DNA of 64,000 nucleotides from Methanoregulaceae archaeon (GTDB taxonomy: Archaea > Halobacteriota > Methanomicrobia > Methanomicrobiales > Methanospirillaceae), in assembly GCA_035528475.1 (NCBI GenBank), contig DATKYO010000114.1, positions 4,739 to 68,738 of the forward strand, given 5' to 3'. Below the pieces are notes generated by a model that saw only the letters and a program-made list of their open reading frames with translations, searched no databases and was not told the origin of the DNA. Shown one piece after another: positions 29,204-39,078 of the stretch (the stretch's first letter is position 1; each line of letters begins with the position of its first letter). Both the position numbers and the translations under genes were made by a program.

Positions 29204-30973
29204 ATGAGGAAGCAATATCTCCTTGGGAATGAGGCGATCGCACATGGATGCCTGGAATCACCGGTTGATTTTGTAAGTGGTTACCCGGGCACCCCCTCCT
29301 CTGAAGTGATAGACATCCTTCGGATGAGGGAAATGAAAGATTACTATGTTGAATGGTCGGTAAACGAGAAAGTGGCTTTGGAGAATGCATTGGCAGCGGC
29401 ATGGTGCGGGCTTAGGGCTCTCTGCACAATGAAGCACGTGGGGCTGAATGTTGCTGCAGATCCATTGATGACCAGCGCGTATACAGGGGTCACCGGAGGG
29501 CTGGTGATAATGAGCGCCGATGATCCATTTGCCCACAGTTCGCAAAATGAACAGGATAGCCGTTGCTATGCCAGTTTTGCCAGAATACCCTGTCTTGATC
29601 CCTCTGGCATTCAGGAAGCCCACGATATGGTAAAGGACGCCTTTGCCCTGTCCGAGGAGTTTGGGCTTCCTGTGATATTCCGCCCCACTACCAGGATCTG
29701 CCACTCCAAAGGCGATGTCGAGCTCGGCACAATAGTTGCAACGACAAGGGTGGGGGAATTCCACAAAGATCCTCGTCAATATGTGGTCATTCCTGCCCAT
29801 ACGCGCATTCTGCACAAAAAACTCAACGAAAAACAGGCAGCGATAAAAAAACGTCTCGTGGAAAGTGGATATAATTATTATCGCATCAGGGGGAGCACAG
29901 CGGTCGTCGCAAGTGGGATCGCGGCAATGTATGTCCAGGAGATCCTTCCCACGGATGTATCATTCATGAAGATAGGGGCTTATCCCATCGATGAAGAGTG
30001 GCTGGCTGAATTCGTCCAGCAGCATGAGACAATCCTGGTAATAGAAGAACTTGCCCCGGTGGTCGAAGAAGCGGTCAGGCAGGTCGCCGGGTGTGTTGCG
30101 GTATATGGAAAGAAAGACGGGCATGCCCCTTATGAAGGGGAATTATCTCCGATGAGCGTGGCAAGGATCATGGAATCCTGTGGTTTCAATACGGCAAAGA
30201 CGTTTCCGGAGGCAAACCCTCTCCCGGATATACCTGCACGGCCACCCATCATGTGTGCCGGATGTACACACCGCCCGGTCTTTTATACCATGAAGAAGGT
30301 GTTCAAGGACGGGATCTATCCAAGCGATATTGGCTGTTATACGCTGGGCCTCCAGTTGGGGGCGGTGGATACCACTATATGTATGGGGGCTTCGATTACC
30401 GTCGGGAGTGGCATTTACCATTCAGGTGAAAAGGCAGATATTGCAGCCACTATCGGGGACTCGACATTTCTCCATACAGGCATTCCCGGCCTTTTAAATG
30501 CCGTTTATAACGGGGCAAACATGACGTTGATAATCCTTGACAACAGGATTACGGCTATGACCGGGCATCAGCCGAATCCGGCAACCGGGGTGACGGCATC
30601 CGGAGAACAAACCGTTCCGGTGTCGCTTGAAGCCATATGCCGGGCCTGTGGCGTCTCATTTGTTGATACTGTGGACAGCTATGATCTGGTGGGCCTCACA
30701 ACCGCTATGAAGGATGCAAAGTCCCGGCCGGGTGTGAAGGTAATAATCGCCAGGCAACCCTGTGTGATTACAGCCCGCCGGGCAGGGATAAGGAGGGGAA
30801 GATACCAGGTCAATTCCGAAATATGCACCAGTTGTGGTCTTTGCGTGAAATTCGGATGTCCGGCTATTGAAATGGGGGGCGACACACCAATCGTCAGCGA
30901 GTTGTGCAGCGGATGCGGGGTTTGCGCCCAGATCTGCCCATCAGGGGCTATTGCGAAGGAGGGTCGTCGATGA
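29204..30973 (+). CDS. iorA: indolepyruvate ferredoxin oxidoreductase subunit alpha
   Basis: TPP-enzyme pattern with two C-terminal ferredoxin-type CxxCxxCxxxCP clusters. It is followed by iorB. ATG at 29204 is chosen. Confidence 0.9.
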   Translation: MRKQYLLGNEAIAHGCLESPVDFVSGYPGTPSSEVIDILRMREMKDYYVEWSVNEKVALENALAAAWCGLRALCTMKHVGLNVAADPLMTSAYTGVTGGLVIMSADDPFAHSSQNEQDSRCYASFARIPCLDPSGIQEAHDMVKDAFALSEEFGLPVIFRPTTRICHSKGDVELGTIVATTRVGEFHKDPRQYVVIPAHTRILHKKLNEKQAAIKKRLVESGYNYYRIRGSTAVVASGIAAMYVQEILPTDVSFMKIGAYPIDEEWLAEFVQQHETILVIEELAPVVEEAVRQVAGCVAVYGKKDGHAPYEGELSPMSVARIMESCGFNTAKTFPEANPLPDIPARPPIMCAGCTHRPVFYTMKKVFKDGIYPSDIGCYTLGLQLGAVDTTICMGASITVGSGIYHSGEKADIAATIGDSTFLHTGIPGLLNAVYNGANMTLIILDNRITAMTGHQPNPATGVTASGEQTVPVSLEAICRACGVSFVDTVDSYDLVGLTTAMKDAKSRPGVKVIIARQPCVITARRAGIRRGRYQVNSEICTSCGLCVKFGCPAIEMGGDTPIVSELCSGCGVCAQICPSGAIAKEGRR

Positions 30974-31560
30974 ATGAAAGTTATGATGTGCTGGTGGTAG
31001 GTATTGGCGGGCAGGGAACTATTCTGGCATCAAACATACTTGGTGAAGCCTGCCTCACGGAAGGCCGGTTGGTCAAAGGGGCGGAAACCCATGGTATGGC
31101 CCAGCGGGGCGGATCGGTGGAGAGCCATATTCGGATAGACGGGAAGTTTGGTCCACTGATTGCACCGGGAGATGCGGATATAATGGTATCCTTCGACCTT
31201 CTGGAAGCGCTGAGGTACAAACATTATCTCAAACCCGGAGGGAAGATAATCGTGAACCGGCATGTGGTGATCCCCACATCGGTGTTCGTGCAGGGAGCCC
31301 CGGTTCCCGATGAAGAGGAGATTCTGGCCCGGCTTGGAGATGTGAGTCTCTGTGTCCTTGACGCCGAATCACTGGCCATTGAAGCCGGCAGCCCCCTGGC
31401 ACAGAATGTTGTTATGCTGGGGGCAGCATCGCATTTCATTCCACTTTCCCCGGATTCCTTAAGAACGGCTGTGGAAAGCCTGGTTCCTCCCAAAACGGTC
31501 GAGATAAACATAAAAGCATTCGATTTGGGACGGGAAGCAGGTGCGGAATGTAAGGGATGA
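30970..31560 (+). CDS. iorB: indolepyruvate ferredoxin oxidoreductase subunit beta
   Basis: The VGIGGQGTILAS motif is typical of the gamma/IorB-type domain of 2-oxoacid:ferredoxin oxidoreductases. There is an ATGA overlap with iorA. Confidence 0.88.
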   Translation: MNESYDVLVVGIGGQGTILASNILGEACLTEGRLVKGAETHGMAQRGGSVESHIRIDGKFGPLIAPGDADIMVSFDLLEALRYKHYLKPGGKIIVNRHVVIPTSVFVQGAPVPDEEEILARLGDVSLCVLDAESLAIEAGSPLAQNVVMLGAASHFIPLSPDSLRTAVESLVPPKTVEINIKAFDLGREAGAECKG

Positions 31561-31564
31561 ATAA

Positions 31565-32329
31565 ATGAGATCTCCCCTGCCTGATCTGGGGCCGTTTCAA
31601 CCAGATTCTATCTGCCATGGTAATGCCCTGGAACTGCTGTCTTCGGTCCCATCGGGATCGGTTGATCTTATTGTCACCGATCCACCTTTTGCAATTGATT
31701 TCCGGGCCCGCAAACTGAACTATAACCGCACCGCCTCTCATGTAATGGAAGGCTATCATGAAATCGAGGGAGATGAATATGCGGAGTTTACTCTTCAGTG
31801 GATGGAGCAGGCTTACCGGGCGCTGTCACCTTCCGGAAGTTTATATGTCTTTTCCGGCTGGAACAGGCTGAAAGATGTTCTTTTTGCGCTGGACTTTGCA
31901 GGTTTTATAACCATCAATCATCTCATCTGGAAATATCAGTTCGGAGTGTTTACAAGGCGAAAATTCGTGACCAGCCACTATCATATCCTCTTTGGTGTGA
32001 AAAACCCCCGCAATTATACATTCAACAAAGTTGAACATTATCCCGAAGATGTCTGGATCATCAATCGCGAATACTGGAAGGGGAAGAAAAAAACGCCAAC
32101 AAAATTGCCAGCCGAACTGGTAAGAAAAATTCTTTGTTATTCCAGCAATCCCGGCGACCTGGTTCTTGATCCGTTCCTGGGTTCCGGCACAGTGGCAGTA
32201 ATCAGTAAAGAAATGGGCCGGCATTTTCTCGGTTTTGAACTGGTAAAAGATTATTTCGATTTTGCAAAAGAACGAATCGACGCAACCATATTTGCAGAGG
32301 GTGACAGGGCAGAGAGTCCAGGTACATGA
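31565..32329 (+). CDS. site-specific DNA methyltransferase (beta-class N4-cytosine or N6-adenine)
   Basis: Catalytic motif IV (VTDPPF) lies near the N-terminus and SAM motif I (LDPFLGSGT) near the C-terminus, a permuted beta-class order. It starts 4 nt after the iorB stop. Confidence 0.85.
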   Translation: MRSPLPDLGPFQPDSICHGNALELLSSVPSGSVDLIVTDPPFAIDFRARKLNYNRTASHVMEGYHEIEGDEYAEFTLQWMEQAYRALSPSGSLYVFSGWNRLKDVLFALDFAGFITINHLIWKYQFGVFTRRKFVTSHYHILFGVKNPRNYTFNKVEHYPEDVWIINREYWKGKKKTPTKLPAELVRKILCYSSNPGDLVLDPFLGSGTVAVISKEMGRHFLGFELVKDYFDFAKERIDATIFAEGDRAESPGT

Positions 32330-32464
32330 GTGAACTGCAAAACGCTCCTGTTTAATTTGCGTGAATGCCCAGGAATCGTGTGACGGGGCACCGGATTTTA
32401 AATGGTCTTTTGCAGGGGGAAAACGCGCCTGGAAAAGCGAACCTCTACCTGGAAATGAAAGATA

Positions 32465-32548
32465 CGCTGAGGGGGGGATTTGAACTCCCGAGGGGCAAAT
32501 GCCCCACAGGCTTTCCAGGCCTGCGCCTTACCGCTAGACTACCTCAGC
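32465..32548 (-). tRNA. tRNA-Ser (anticodon GGA)
   Basis: The reverse complement reads GCTGAGGTAGTCTAGCGGTAAGGCGCAGGCCTGGAAAGCCTG, followed by a long variable arm (TGGGGCATTTGCCCCTC) and T-arm GAGTTCAAATC. Confidence 0.92.
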
Positions 32549-32642
32549 AAAAAATGCACCTCAATAGTTACACTGCGTTTTTTTTAATGCTATCCCCGAT
32601 ATGGGGACATCATGATAATTTGCAACCCCTGAATTCCTTTGA

Positions 32643-33548
32643 TTAGCTCTTTTTCTTCCAGCCGCGGGGATAGGTACCAGCTTTCATAAATACCGTATGC
32701 GGGGCGACCACCAGGCCGTGTTCACCCGGCCGGGTACTGACGGAATTTATCAGGGCTTCTCCAAGACAGATGAGCTCGCCTTTCCGTGTCCGGACCGCCA
32801 CAAGGTCACCTTTTTTGAAAAGTGGCAACTCCAGGATTCCGATGCCTGCGAGTAAAGCCCCGTGGCATATGGCATCAACTGCAGTATCCCGGACTACCAC
32901 GCCGGGTAGGTCACCTGTAGCATAATCCACGGGAAGCAGCATTTCATCCAGTCTGCTCCGGTCACCCTGATCGGCAATCACCCGGGCATCTTTCAGATCC
33001 TGAAGGGTATATGCCATCTGTTCGTGAAATCTTCCTGATCTGGTCCGGCGAAGTTCCTGCATGTGTGCACCTGTGCCCAGGAAAAGACCGATATGGTGGC
33101 ACAGTGACCGAATATAGGTCCCGGCATCACAGACCACACGAAATAGAACCAGACGGTCCTGCATGTCAAGGACTTCCAGCTCCTTTATCGTTCGAATACG
33201 TAAATTTCTGGCCACAGCACTCTTTCTTGGCGGCCTCTGGTAAATGCGTCCCGAAAACTCCATCATCGCTTCATTCACAGTTTCCAGGTCGGCGCGGCCG
33301 TGGAGACGTAAAAGGCAGATATACTCTTTCTCCACCTTCAGCAGGATGGGCGCCAGTCGCACAGCCCTCCCCACCATGACTACCAGTACACCGGATACGC
33401 CCGGATCCAGAGTCCCGGAATGACCGACGGGCGCCCCCAGGATTTCTCCCGCCCATGCAGTAACCTGGTGGCTTGAAGGTCCCCTGGGTTTATCGAGGAT
33501 CAACACCCAGTTGCCCTGAATCCGGTTCGCTGACAGGGAATGGCTCAC
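32643..33548 (-). CDS. truB: tRNA/rRNA pseudouridine synthase Cbf5 (TruB family, H/ACA RNP catalytic subunit)
   Basis: The GHSGTLDPGVSGVL catalytic-Asp motif of the TruB family, with a C-terminal PUA-like domain. Confidence 0.88.
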   Translation of the reverse strand: MSHSLSANRIQGNWVLILDKPRGPSSHQVTAWAGEILGAPVGHSGTLDPGVSGVLVVMVGRAVRLAPILLKVEKEYICLLRLHGRADLETVNEAMMEFSGRIYQRPPRKSAVARNLRIRTIKELEVLDMQDRLVLFRVVCDAGTYIRSLCHHIGLFLGTGAHMQELRRTRSGRFHEQMAYTLQDLKDARVIADQGDRSRLDEMLLPVDYATGDLPGVVVRDTAVDAICHGALLAGIGILELPLFKKGDLVAVRTRKGELICLGEALINSVSTRPGEHGLVVAPHTVFMKAGTYPRGWKKKS

Positions 33549-33550
33549 AG

Positions 33551-34258
33551 TCAGGGCCTCCGGTTTTCCGGGGATCCCTCCGGGTTCCTGATGTAGTGGT
33601 TCAATGCATTCAAAACACCCTCAAGTGACCCATTTCCTGTCACATGGGGAATTATGCCTCCGGTCCTCATCTCTGCTGCTGTTATCTCACCAATAGCCAT
33701 CAGGATCAATTCCGGCCGCATATCCCATATAGCAGATCGGAATGAAAAGGCGCTGGTAAATAAAACCGCATCTGCAGATGAAATATCAAGCCTTTCATTC
33801 GTGGGCACGAGGGAATAACATCGGATCTCGTCGGGAGTTCCCCCGGCATCCTTTATTGCTTCCATAAGAGCCGGATTGGGTACATCGGCCCTGGGAATCC
33901 CTATCTGCTTTCCCTGGATCCAGTCACCCAGATATGGTACAAACTCGCGTGAATAAAATCTTGGGAGAACCTCGCACCGAATTCCCCGGGCAGTAAGTAT
34001 TCCTGTGGTCTGGGGGCCGATTGCTATCACCCGTGGCCATCGGGAGAGGCGGGGAGCGATTAACCTGGCAGGAAGAGCACTGGTAAAAAAGATACAGTCA
34101 TAACTTCCTTTGTTCACCTCATCGATGAACCGGTCGATCCGATCCTCGTGAATTTCGGCTTTCAAGGGCGATACAGAGTAGCAAATATGTCCGAGATCTG
34201 CACAGCGGCGTGAGTCGTCAGTATCTTTCCCTCTCAGTCTGGTTACAGCGATCTTCAT
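33551..34258 (-). CDS. hemD: uroporphyrinogen-III synthase
   Basis: HEM4-like duplicated pattern (IFFTSALPA and VLFTSAFSF) and ~235 aa from the ATG at 34258. Confidence 0.7.
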   Translation of the reverse strand: MKIAVTRLRGKDTDDSRRCADLGHICYSVSPLKAEIHEDRIDRFIDEVNKGSYDCIFFTSALPARLIAPRLSRWPRVIAIGPQTTGILTARGIRCEVLPRFYSREFVPYLGDWIQGKQIGIPRADVPNPALMEAIKDAGGTPDEIRCYSLVPTNERLDISSADAVLFTSAFSFRSAIWDMRPELILMAIGEITAAEMRTGGIIPHVTGNGSLEGVLNALNHYIRNPEGSPENRRP

Positions 34259-34337
34259 AGATTGTTCATCATTCCTTTCCCGAGACAAAATAATTGTTTC
34301 GATTGATTTATCAGTCTTGTCAGAAACTCATTTTGGA

Positions 34338-35549
34338 ATGATCGGCATCCTGGCAGGAACCCTCTCCGGCGTGGGCATAGGGGTGGTGAGCGGTCTTCTG
34401 CCTGGAATACATGTAAATACAATGGCAGGGATTCTTCTGACGTTCCAGGTGGCACTGCTCCCGGTTTTTGGTCCGGGAATGCTCGCCGCAACCCTTTTTG
34501 CCGCCCTTATCACGCATACATTCCTGGATGCAATCCCCAGTACTTTTTTGGGTATACCTGATCCCGACACTGCTCTCTCCGTACTTCCATTGCACGGGCT
34601 TTGCATGGAAGGAAGGGGCGAGGAAGCTGTCCGGGTTTCCGCTCTGGGAAGTGCGGCAGGGTCATTAATCGCAGTTCCGCTCTCTTTGAGTCTCCTTTTA
34701 ATCCTTCCATCGGTGCAGGAATATGCGGACTGGGCGATTGGGATCATCCTTATAGGGGTAATGGGATATTTGATAGTCTCCGGGGAGTCACCGGGATGGG
34801 GGCTCCTTGTCTTTGCTGCGTCGGGTTTCCTTGGAATATTTACTTTCCATTTTTCATATCTTGGCACCGGACTGATTGGCAACCCGGGACTTCTGATGCC
34901 ACTGTTAGGGGGACTGTTCGGTATAGCCATTCTCATATTTTCCGGGACCGGTCCCGTGCCGCCGCAAAAATTCGAGGGTCTCAAAATGGATCCCGGGCTG
35001 CTTACCAGGAGCTCACTGCTTGGGGCTTGTGCGGGCACACTGGTGGGCTGGCTTCCCGGGTTGTCAAATGCCACGGCAAATGCTGTTCTTGCCACGGGTA
35101 TACGGTACAACCAGGACCGGCGGGGCTATATCATGGCTGTAAGTTCAGCAAATACCGTGAACGCGATGGTTGGGCTGGCAGCCTTTTTTGCTATTGCAAG
35201 GACCCGGAACGGTGTAATGGTGGCTTTTTCCTCACTGGAGACTCCCTCCATGGGAACGCTCCTTGCAGTGGGGGCCCTTGCCGCATCTGCGGCATATCTT
35301 CTTACTATCTGTCTGGCGGGATTTGCCGGGTTTTTCAGTGGAATAGATAAAAAGTCATTGAATATCTGGGTTGGAACTTTCATCTCTGCCGTCACTCTCA
35401 TTATTTGCGGGCCATTTGGAGTTTTCATCCTCATTCTCGCTACCGCAGTGGGAATTATCCCCAGGCTTTTAAACATCGCCCAGGTATATTGCATGGGAGC
35501 AATCATGCTTCCGGTAATGCTGTTCTCGTTCGGTATACAGGCTCTGTAG
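34338..35549 (+). CDS. TctA-family (DUF112) integral membrane protein
   Basis: About 400 aa and very hydrophobic, with glycine-rich TM helices typical of the tripartite tricarboxylate transporter large-subunit family. ATG at 34338 is preferred over TTG at 34317. Confidence 0.7.
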   Translation: MIGILAGTLSGVGIGVVSGLLPGIHVNTMAGILLTFQVALLPVFGPGMLAATLFAALITHTFLDAIPSTFLGIPDPDTALSVLPLHGLCMEGRGEEAVRVSALGSAAGSLIAVPLSLSLLLILPSVQEYADWAIGIILIGVMGYLIVSGESPGWGLLVFAASGFLGIFTFHFSYLGTGLIGNPGLLMPLLGGLFGIAILIFSGTGPVPPQKFEGLKMDPGLLTRSSLLGACAGTLVGWLPGLSNATANAVLATGIRYNQDRRGYIMAVSSANTVNAMVGLAAFFAIARTRNGVMVAFSSLETPSMGTLLAVGALAASAAYLLTICLAGFAGFFSGIDKKSLNIWVGTFISAVTLIICGPFGVFILILATAVGIIPRLLNIAQVYCMGAIMLPVMLFSFGIQAL

Positions 35550-35554
35550 ATTAA

Positions 35555-36493
35555 ATGCCGGAATATGAAACTGTTGCCCTGCAGGACATACTATATAGTA
35601 CAATAAATACCCAAGTATTGCTGATGCAATCCTACTGGTTCGGAGATGTCGATGAACATGGTTGCCATCCGTTCGTGGGCGGGGTTCCTGAACAGGCCCG
35701 TAGGTTAGAAGAGATCCGGGTTGAGCCCGGCACCTATGTCCCGATCGATTGGGAGATAGCCCTGGAATGCGGATATATCCATGATCGCAGCGAATATATC
35801 AAAAAATTGCGGGATTTATGTTTTTTTATTGCAGAAGATAAAATATCACGACATTTTAGTGGCAGGGATATCGAGCTCCTTCAGATGGTGCGAATGCTCG
35901 ACGAGATGGATGATGTAATAAACCTCCTCACTGAAAGGGCTGTGGAGTGGTACCGGATAAAAAATCCCTCTTTTTCCAGGAAGTACCGGGCATTGACAGG
36001 AAAAAGAATGATAAATATTATGAAAAAAGAGCATGGCCGGGCATTTGCCGAAATAATTGGTGATATTGAAAGATTGCAGGAGTCCCGTACCAGGCTTATG
36101 CACGAGGTCTCTCGCATCGCCGGGACAGTCCTTCCCAACTGCAGTGCCCTTATCGGTGGACTGGTTGCAGCTCGCCTTCTTTCCGGGGCAGGCAGCCTGG
36201 AAGAACTTGCCAGACTGCCGGCGAGCTCCATTCAGGTACTGGGGGCACAGAGCGCCCTTTTCTCCCATATGAGGACCGGGTCTCCCTCACCCAAACACGG
36301 CATAATTTTCCAGCACCGGAGGGTGCATAATGCCAGGAAAGAGGTCAGAGGCAGGGTTGCAAGGGTGCTCGCGGCAAAACTGGGGATTGCGGCCCGCATA
36401 GATTATTTCAGGAAGGAAATGGATCAGGATTTTATGGAATCTGCCCAGGCAGCTGTCGACAGGGCGGGGGATGGGAAGGATGCGGTGGATTGA
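35555..36493 (+). CDS. nop5: C/D box sRNP core protein Nop5 (Nop56/58)
   Basis: Nop-domain motifs (LPNCSALIGGLVAARLLSGAGSLEELARLPASSIQVLGA...KHGIIFQH). Fibrillarin lies immediately downstream. Confidence 0.85.
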   Translation: MPEYETVALQDILYSTINTQVLLMQSYWFGDVDEHGCHPFVGGVPEQARRLEEIRVEPGTYVPIDWEIALECGYIHDRSEYIKKLRDLCFFIAEDKISRHFSGRDIELLQMVRMLDEMDDVINLLTERAVEWYRIKNPSFSRKYRALTGKRMINIMKKEHGRAFAEIIGDIERLQESRTRLMHEVSRIAGTVLPNCSALIGGLVAARLLSGAGSLEELARLPASSIQVLGAQSALFSHMRTGSPSPKHGIIFQHRRVHNARKEVRGRVARVLAAKLGIAARIDYFRKEMDQDFMESAQAAVDRAGDGKDAVD

Positions 36494-37082
36494 GGGAGTA
36501 CTGGTCTCTGAAGGGAAAGGAGGGGTGTATGGAGAGAAACTTTTGCAGGGATTTCGTGTATGGAACCCGTACAGAAGCAAACTCGCTGCACTCTATTATA
36601 AAGGATCAGATATAGAACTCGAAAAAGAGACAAAAATCCTTTATCTGGGTGCAGCAAATGGCACAACCGTCTCACATGTTGCGGATTATGCCGAGATTGT
36701 GTATGCAGTTGAAATTGCTCCGCGCCCGATGCAGGATCTTCTCGTGGTGGCCCAGAAAAGGAAAAATATTGTTCCGATAATGGCCGATGCCTCCCGTCCG
36801 GAATGGTATGCCCCCCTCCTTGAACCTGTGGATCTCCTTTATATCGATGTGGCGGACCCTGACCAGGTTGGTATTGCGTGGAGAAACAGTATTTTTCTCA
36901 AGGAATCGGGGAGCATACTTCTCATGTTGAAAACCAGGAGTATAGATGTGCGAAAAGACCCCGAAGATGTGATGGAGCAGGCTTCTCGCCAGCTGGAAGA
37001 GAAGGGGTTGGTGCGAAAGGACATGAAATGGCTCTCACCATACCACCAGGACCATGCAGCCATCCTGCTCTCGAAGAAATGA
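36471..37082 (+). CDS. flpA: fibrillarin-like rRNA/tRNA 2'-O-methyltransferase
   Basis: YRVWNPYRSKLAA and ILYLGAANGTTVSHVAD motifs. The start overlaps the nop5 end; an alternative ATG lies at 36480. Confidence 0.9.
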   Translation: MGRMRWIEGVLVSEGKGGVYGEKLLQGFRVWNPYRSKLAALYYKGSDIELEKETKILYLGAANGTTVSHVADYAEIVYAVEIAPRPMQDLLVVAQKRKNIVPIMADASRPEWYAPLLEPVDLLYIDVADPDQVGIAWRNSIFLKESGSILLMLKTRSIDVRKDPEDVMEQASRQLEEKGLVRKDMKWLSPYHQDHAAILLSKK

Positions 37083-37109
37083 AATAATTCCTGCCCCCAA
37101 TTTTCCCCG

Positions 37110-37813
37110 ATGAAACGTGTGGTATGGAATCCGTATTCGATGCTTCTTTTCATAATTTTTATTGTTATCATATTAGTCCTCGTTCCTCTGCTTTTTTTAA
37201 GTATAATAGGCGCTACATTCGCAAAACTGGGTTTTTCCTGGCTTGAGGCACTGATTATCCTTGCGGCTACGCTGCTGGGGAGTTTCATAAATATACCCGT
37301 CAATAAAGTGCAAAATACATCCCAAATCTCAAAATGGGAATATTCGCCGCTTTACGGTAGATTATACCGAATTGTGCCTTCAGAACATGAGACTACCACG
37401 GTTGCAGTCAATCTCGGGGGAGCAGTTATCCCGACGCTCATATCGATATATCTCCTGGTCGAAGGGGTCATCTTATCGGGACTGGCGTTTGTTCCTGTCT
37501 TTATTATGGGGATTTTCGTGGTTACGGTTATTACGAACCGGGTTGCCAGGCCTGTTCCTGGCCTGGGCATTGCCACACCATTCTTTATTCCCCCCTCGCT
37601 GCTCTTCTCTGTGGGTTAATCCTCGGGGGTTTAACGGGAATGAACAGTGCCTTTCTTGCCTTTACCAGTGGAACCCTTGGCACTCTGATCGGCGCAGACC
37701 TCCTGAATCTCTCCCGAATAGGCGAAATAAGTGCGCCGATGGTGAGTATAGGGGGAGCAGGTACATTCGACGGGATATTTCTTTCAGGCGTCCTGGCTGC
37801 ATTCCTGGCATGA
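37110..37813 (+). pseudogene. DUF1614-like integral membrane protein gene split by a frameshift at a C6 run
   Basis: The first frame stops at 37617-37619. The family-typical C-terminus (LIGADLLNL...SIGGAGTFDGIFLSGVLAAFLA) continues in another frame to a TGA at 37811-37813. The junction maps to CCCCCC at 37590-37595. Confidence 0.6.
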
Positions 37814-37910
37814 ATTGGAAAAATCTTCATTCCTGGGAGATGATAAATCTCACCTCGTTTTAAAAGCCGACAGAATAAGGCTGCAATAAAAAGCAATAGT
37901 CTGAAAAAGA

Positions 37911-37983
37911 TAGCCCGGAGCAGATTCGAACTGCTGTCGAGAGATCCAGAGTCTCCCATGATTGACCGCTACACTACCGGGCT
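37911..37983 (-). tRNA. tRNA-Gln (anticodon CTG)
   Basis: The reverse complement reads AGCCCGGTAGTGTAGCGGTCAATCATGGGAGACTCTGGATCTCTC...GTTCGAATCTGCTCCGGGCTA. The anticodon loop is CT-CTG-GA. Confidence 0.92.
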
Positions 37984-38048
37984 GTGTGCTCTATTTTATT
38001 GCGCCTGTTCACTAATTAATGTGACTGATTGAATCTTCAGGCCGGGAA

Positions 38049-38777
38049 TCACTCGCCCTTAATCTGGCATTTACGGCACTTGCTGCAGACTTCTGCAACC
38101 GGTTTAATCAATCCCTTTGTACAGAATGGCTCGAGATCATCCAAATCCCGCCTGTAGTAAATGTGTGGTACAAGGGAAATATGCGTGTATGACCCGCATG
38201 GCATTGAAAGCCTTCCGGCAATATATTCCTGAAGCCGCACAAGTGCGTACATATTTGCACCGGCAGCGGTGAGCATGTCATTGCTTCGGAAGACCACTTT
38301 CATATGCAGATGATTGTTTCGAACAAGGCATTGGACCAGCTGGAGACATGGACAATCATCCAGTTTCTCGTCGATAAACGGGTTCCAGGTAATGGCTATC
38401 GCCCTCCTGCTCTGCCGGGCCTCGGATAATTTGCTGATGATATAGTCTATCTGGTTAATATGCAGCTCTTTTCCATCTGCACCCAGCCGGTCGCCCCAGT
38501 TAAACAGGCGGTCATGGTAATCATACTCGAACACCGAATCCGAACCAATGATCAGATCATTGGCGTACTTGTCCATGAATTTCTTCTGGAAGCGGGAGCA
38601 TGGACTCACCATGGGTTCGGTGAGGGGATGATCGACCTTCATGGCCACTACATCAAATTCCACTGTGGCTTCATTGTCTTCGGTATCCAGCACCCATCCT
38701 TTTTCCAGTATCATCTTCACAACAAGTTCGTGTGCCCTGCCGACGGATGGGGCTTTGATGATCCTCATGGTGATCAT
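38049..38777 (-). CDS. thyA: thymidylate synthase (archaeal/methanogen-type ThyA-like)
   Basis: ThyA-like motifs (RRAIAITWNP, the catalytic-Cys region DDCPCLQL, FRSNDM). There is a C-terminal CxxC-rich tail. An internal ATG (38777 or 38768) is preferred over 38903. Confidence 0.8.
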   Translation of the reverse strand: MITMRIIKAPSVGRAHELVVKMILEKGWVLDTEDNEATVEFDVVAMKVDHPLTEPMVSPCSRFQKKFMDKYANDLIIGSDSVFEYDYHDRLFNWGDRLGADGKELHINQIDYIISKLSEARQSRRAIAITWNPFIDEKLDDCPCLQLVQCLVRNNHLHMKVVFRSNDMLTAAGANMYALVRLQEYIAGRLSMPCGSYTHISLVPHIYYRRDLDDLEPFCTKGLIKPVAEVCSKCRKCQIKGE

Positions 38778-39060
38778 GTTTGTGCATGGTATAGGTAAAT
38801 GTATGGAGTTGGAATGGTGAACGGAATGGTAATGGCAGAAATTCGACAGTCGTATATCTCGTTTCGAGCTCATTTTATAGTATATAATGCTATTTTTTAC
38901 CATAAAGAGAGAGATCTGCGCGTAGTTCGGTATAGTTCGTCAATTATCTCTGCATGGAGGTGACCCGGATCAGGCATGAGGGAACACCAAAAAAACCGAC
39001 ATCCTCATACGCTTCACCGATTTAATCCCCTACAAACCCTTCTCTCCTTTCATGTTCGAC

Positions 39061-39078
39061 CAAAAAAGATATATTAAG
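39061..39078 (+). promoter_or_regulatory. putative BRE/TATA promoter of the S-layer gene
   Basis: A purine-rich CAAAAAA is followed by GATATATTAAG about 150 nt upstream of the ATG. This implies a long 5' UTR with a strong AGGAGG site at 39208-39213. Confidence 0.4.

Noticed and set aside
31565-32548. The methyltransferase as cargo of an element integrated at tRNA-Ser.
   Set aside because: There is no integrase and no duplicated copy of the tRNA 3' end. The gene is only 4 nt from iorB, which leaves no room for an att site.
32365-32646. 93-aa plus-strand ORF.
   Set aside because: It overlaps tRNA-Ser(GGA) on the opposite strand and has no coding features.
34328-35110. 260-aa minus-strand ORF and the other long alternative-frame ORFs across 34320-35506.
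   Set aside because: They overlap the strongly hydrophobic TctA/DUF112 gene in other frames, and their Pro/Ser/Arg-rich composition is typical of GC-rich shadow frames.
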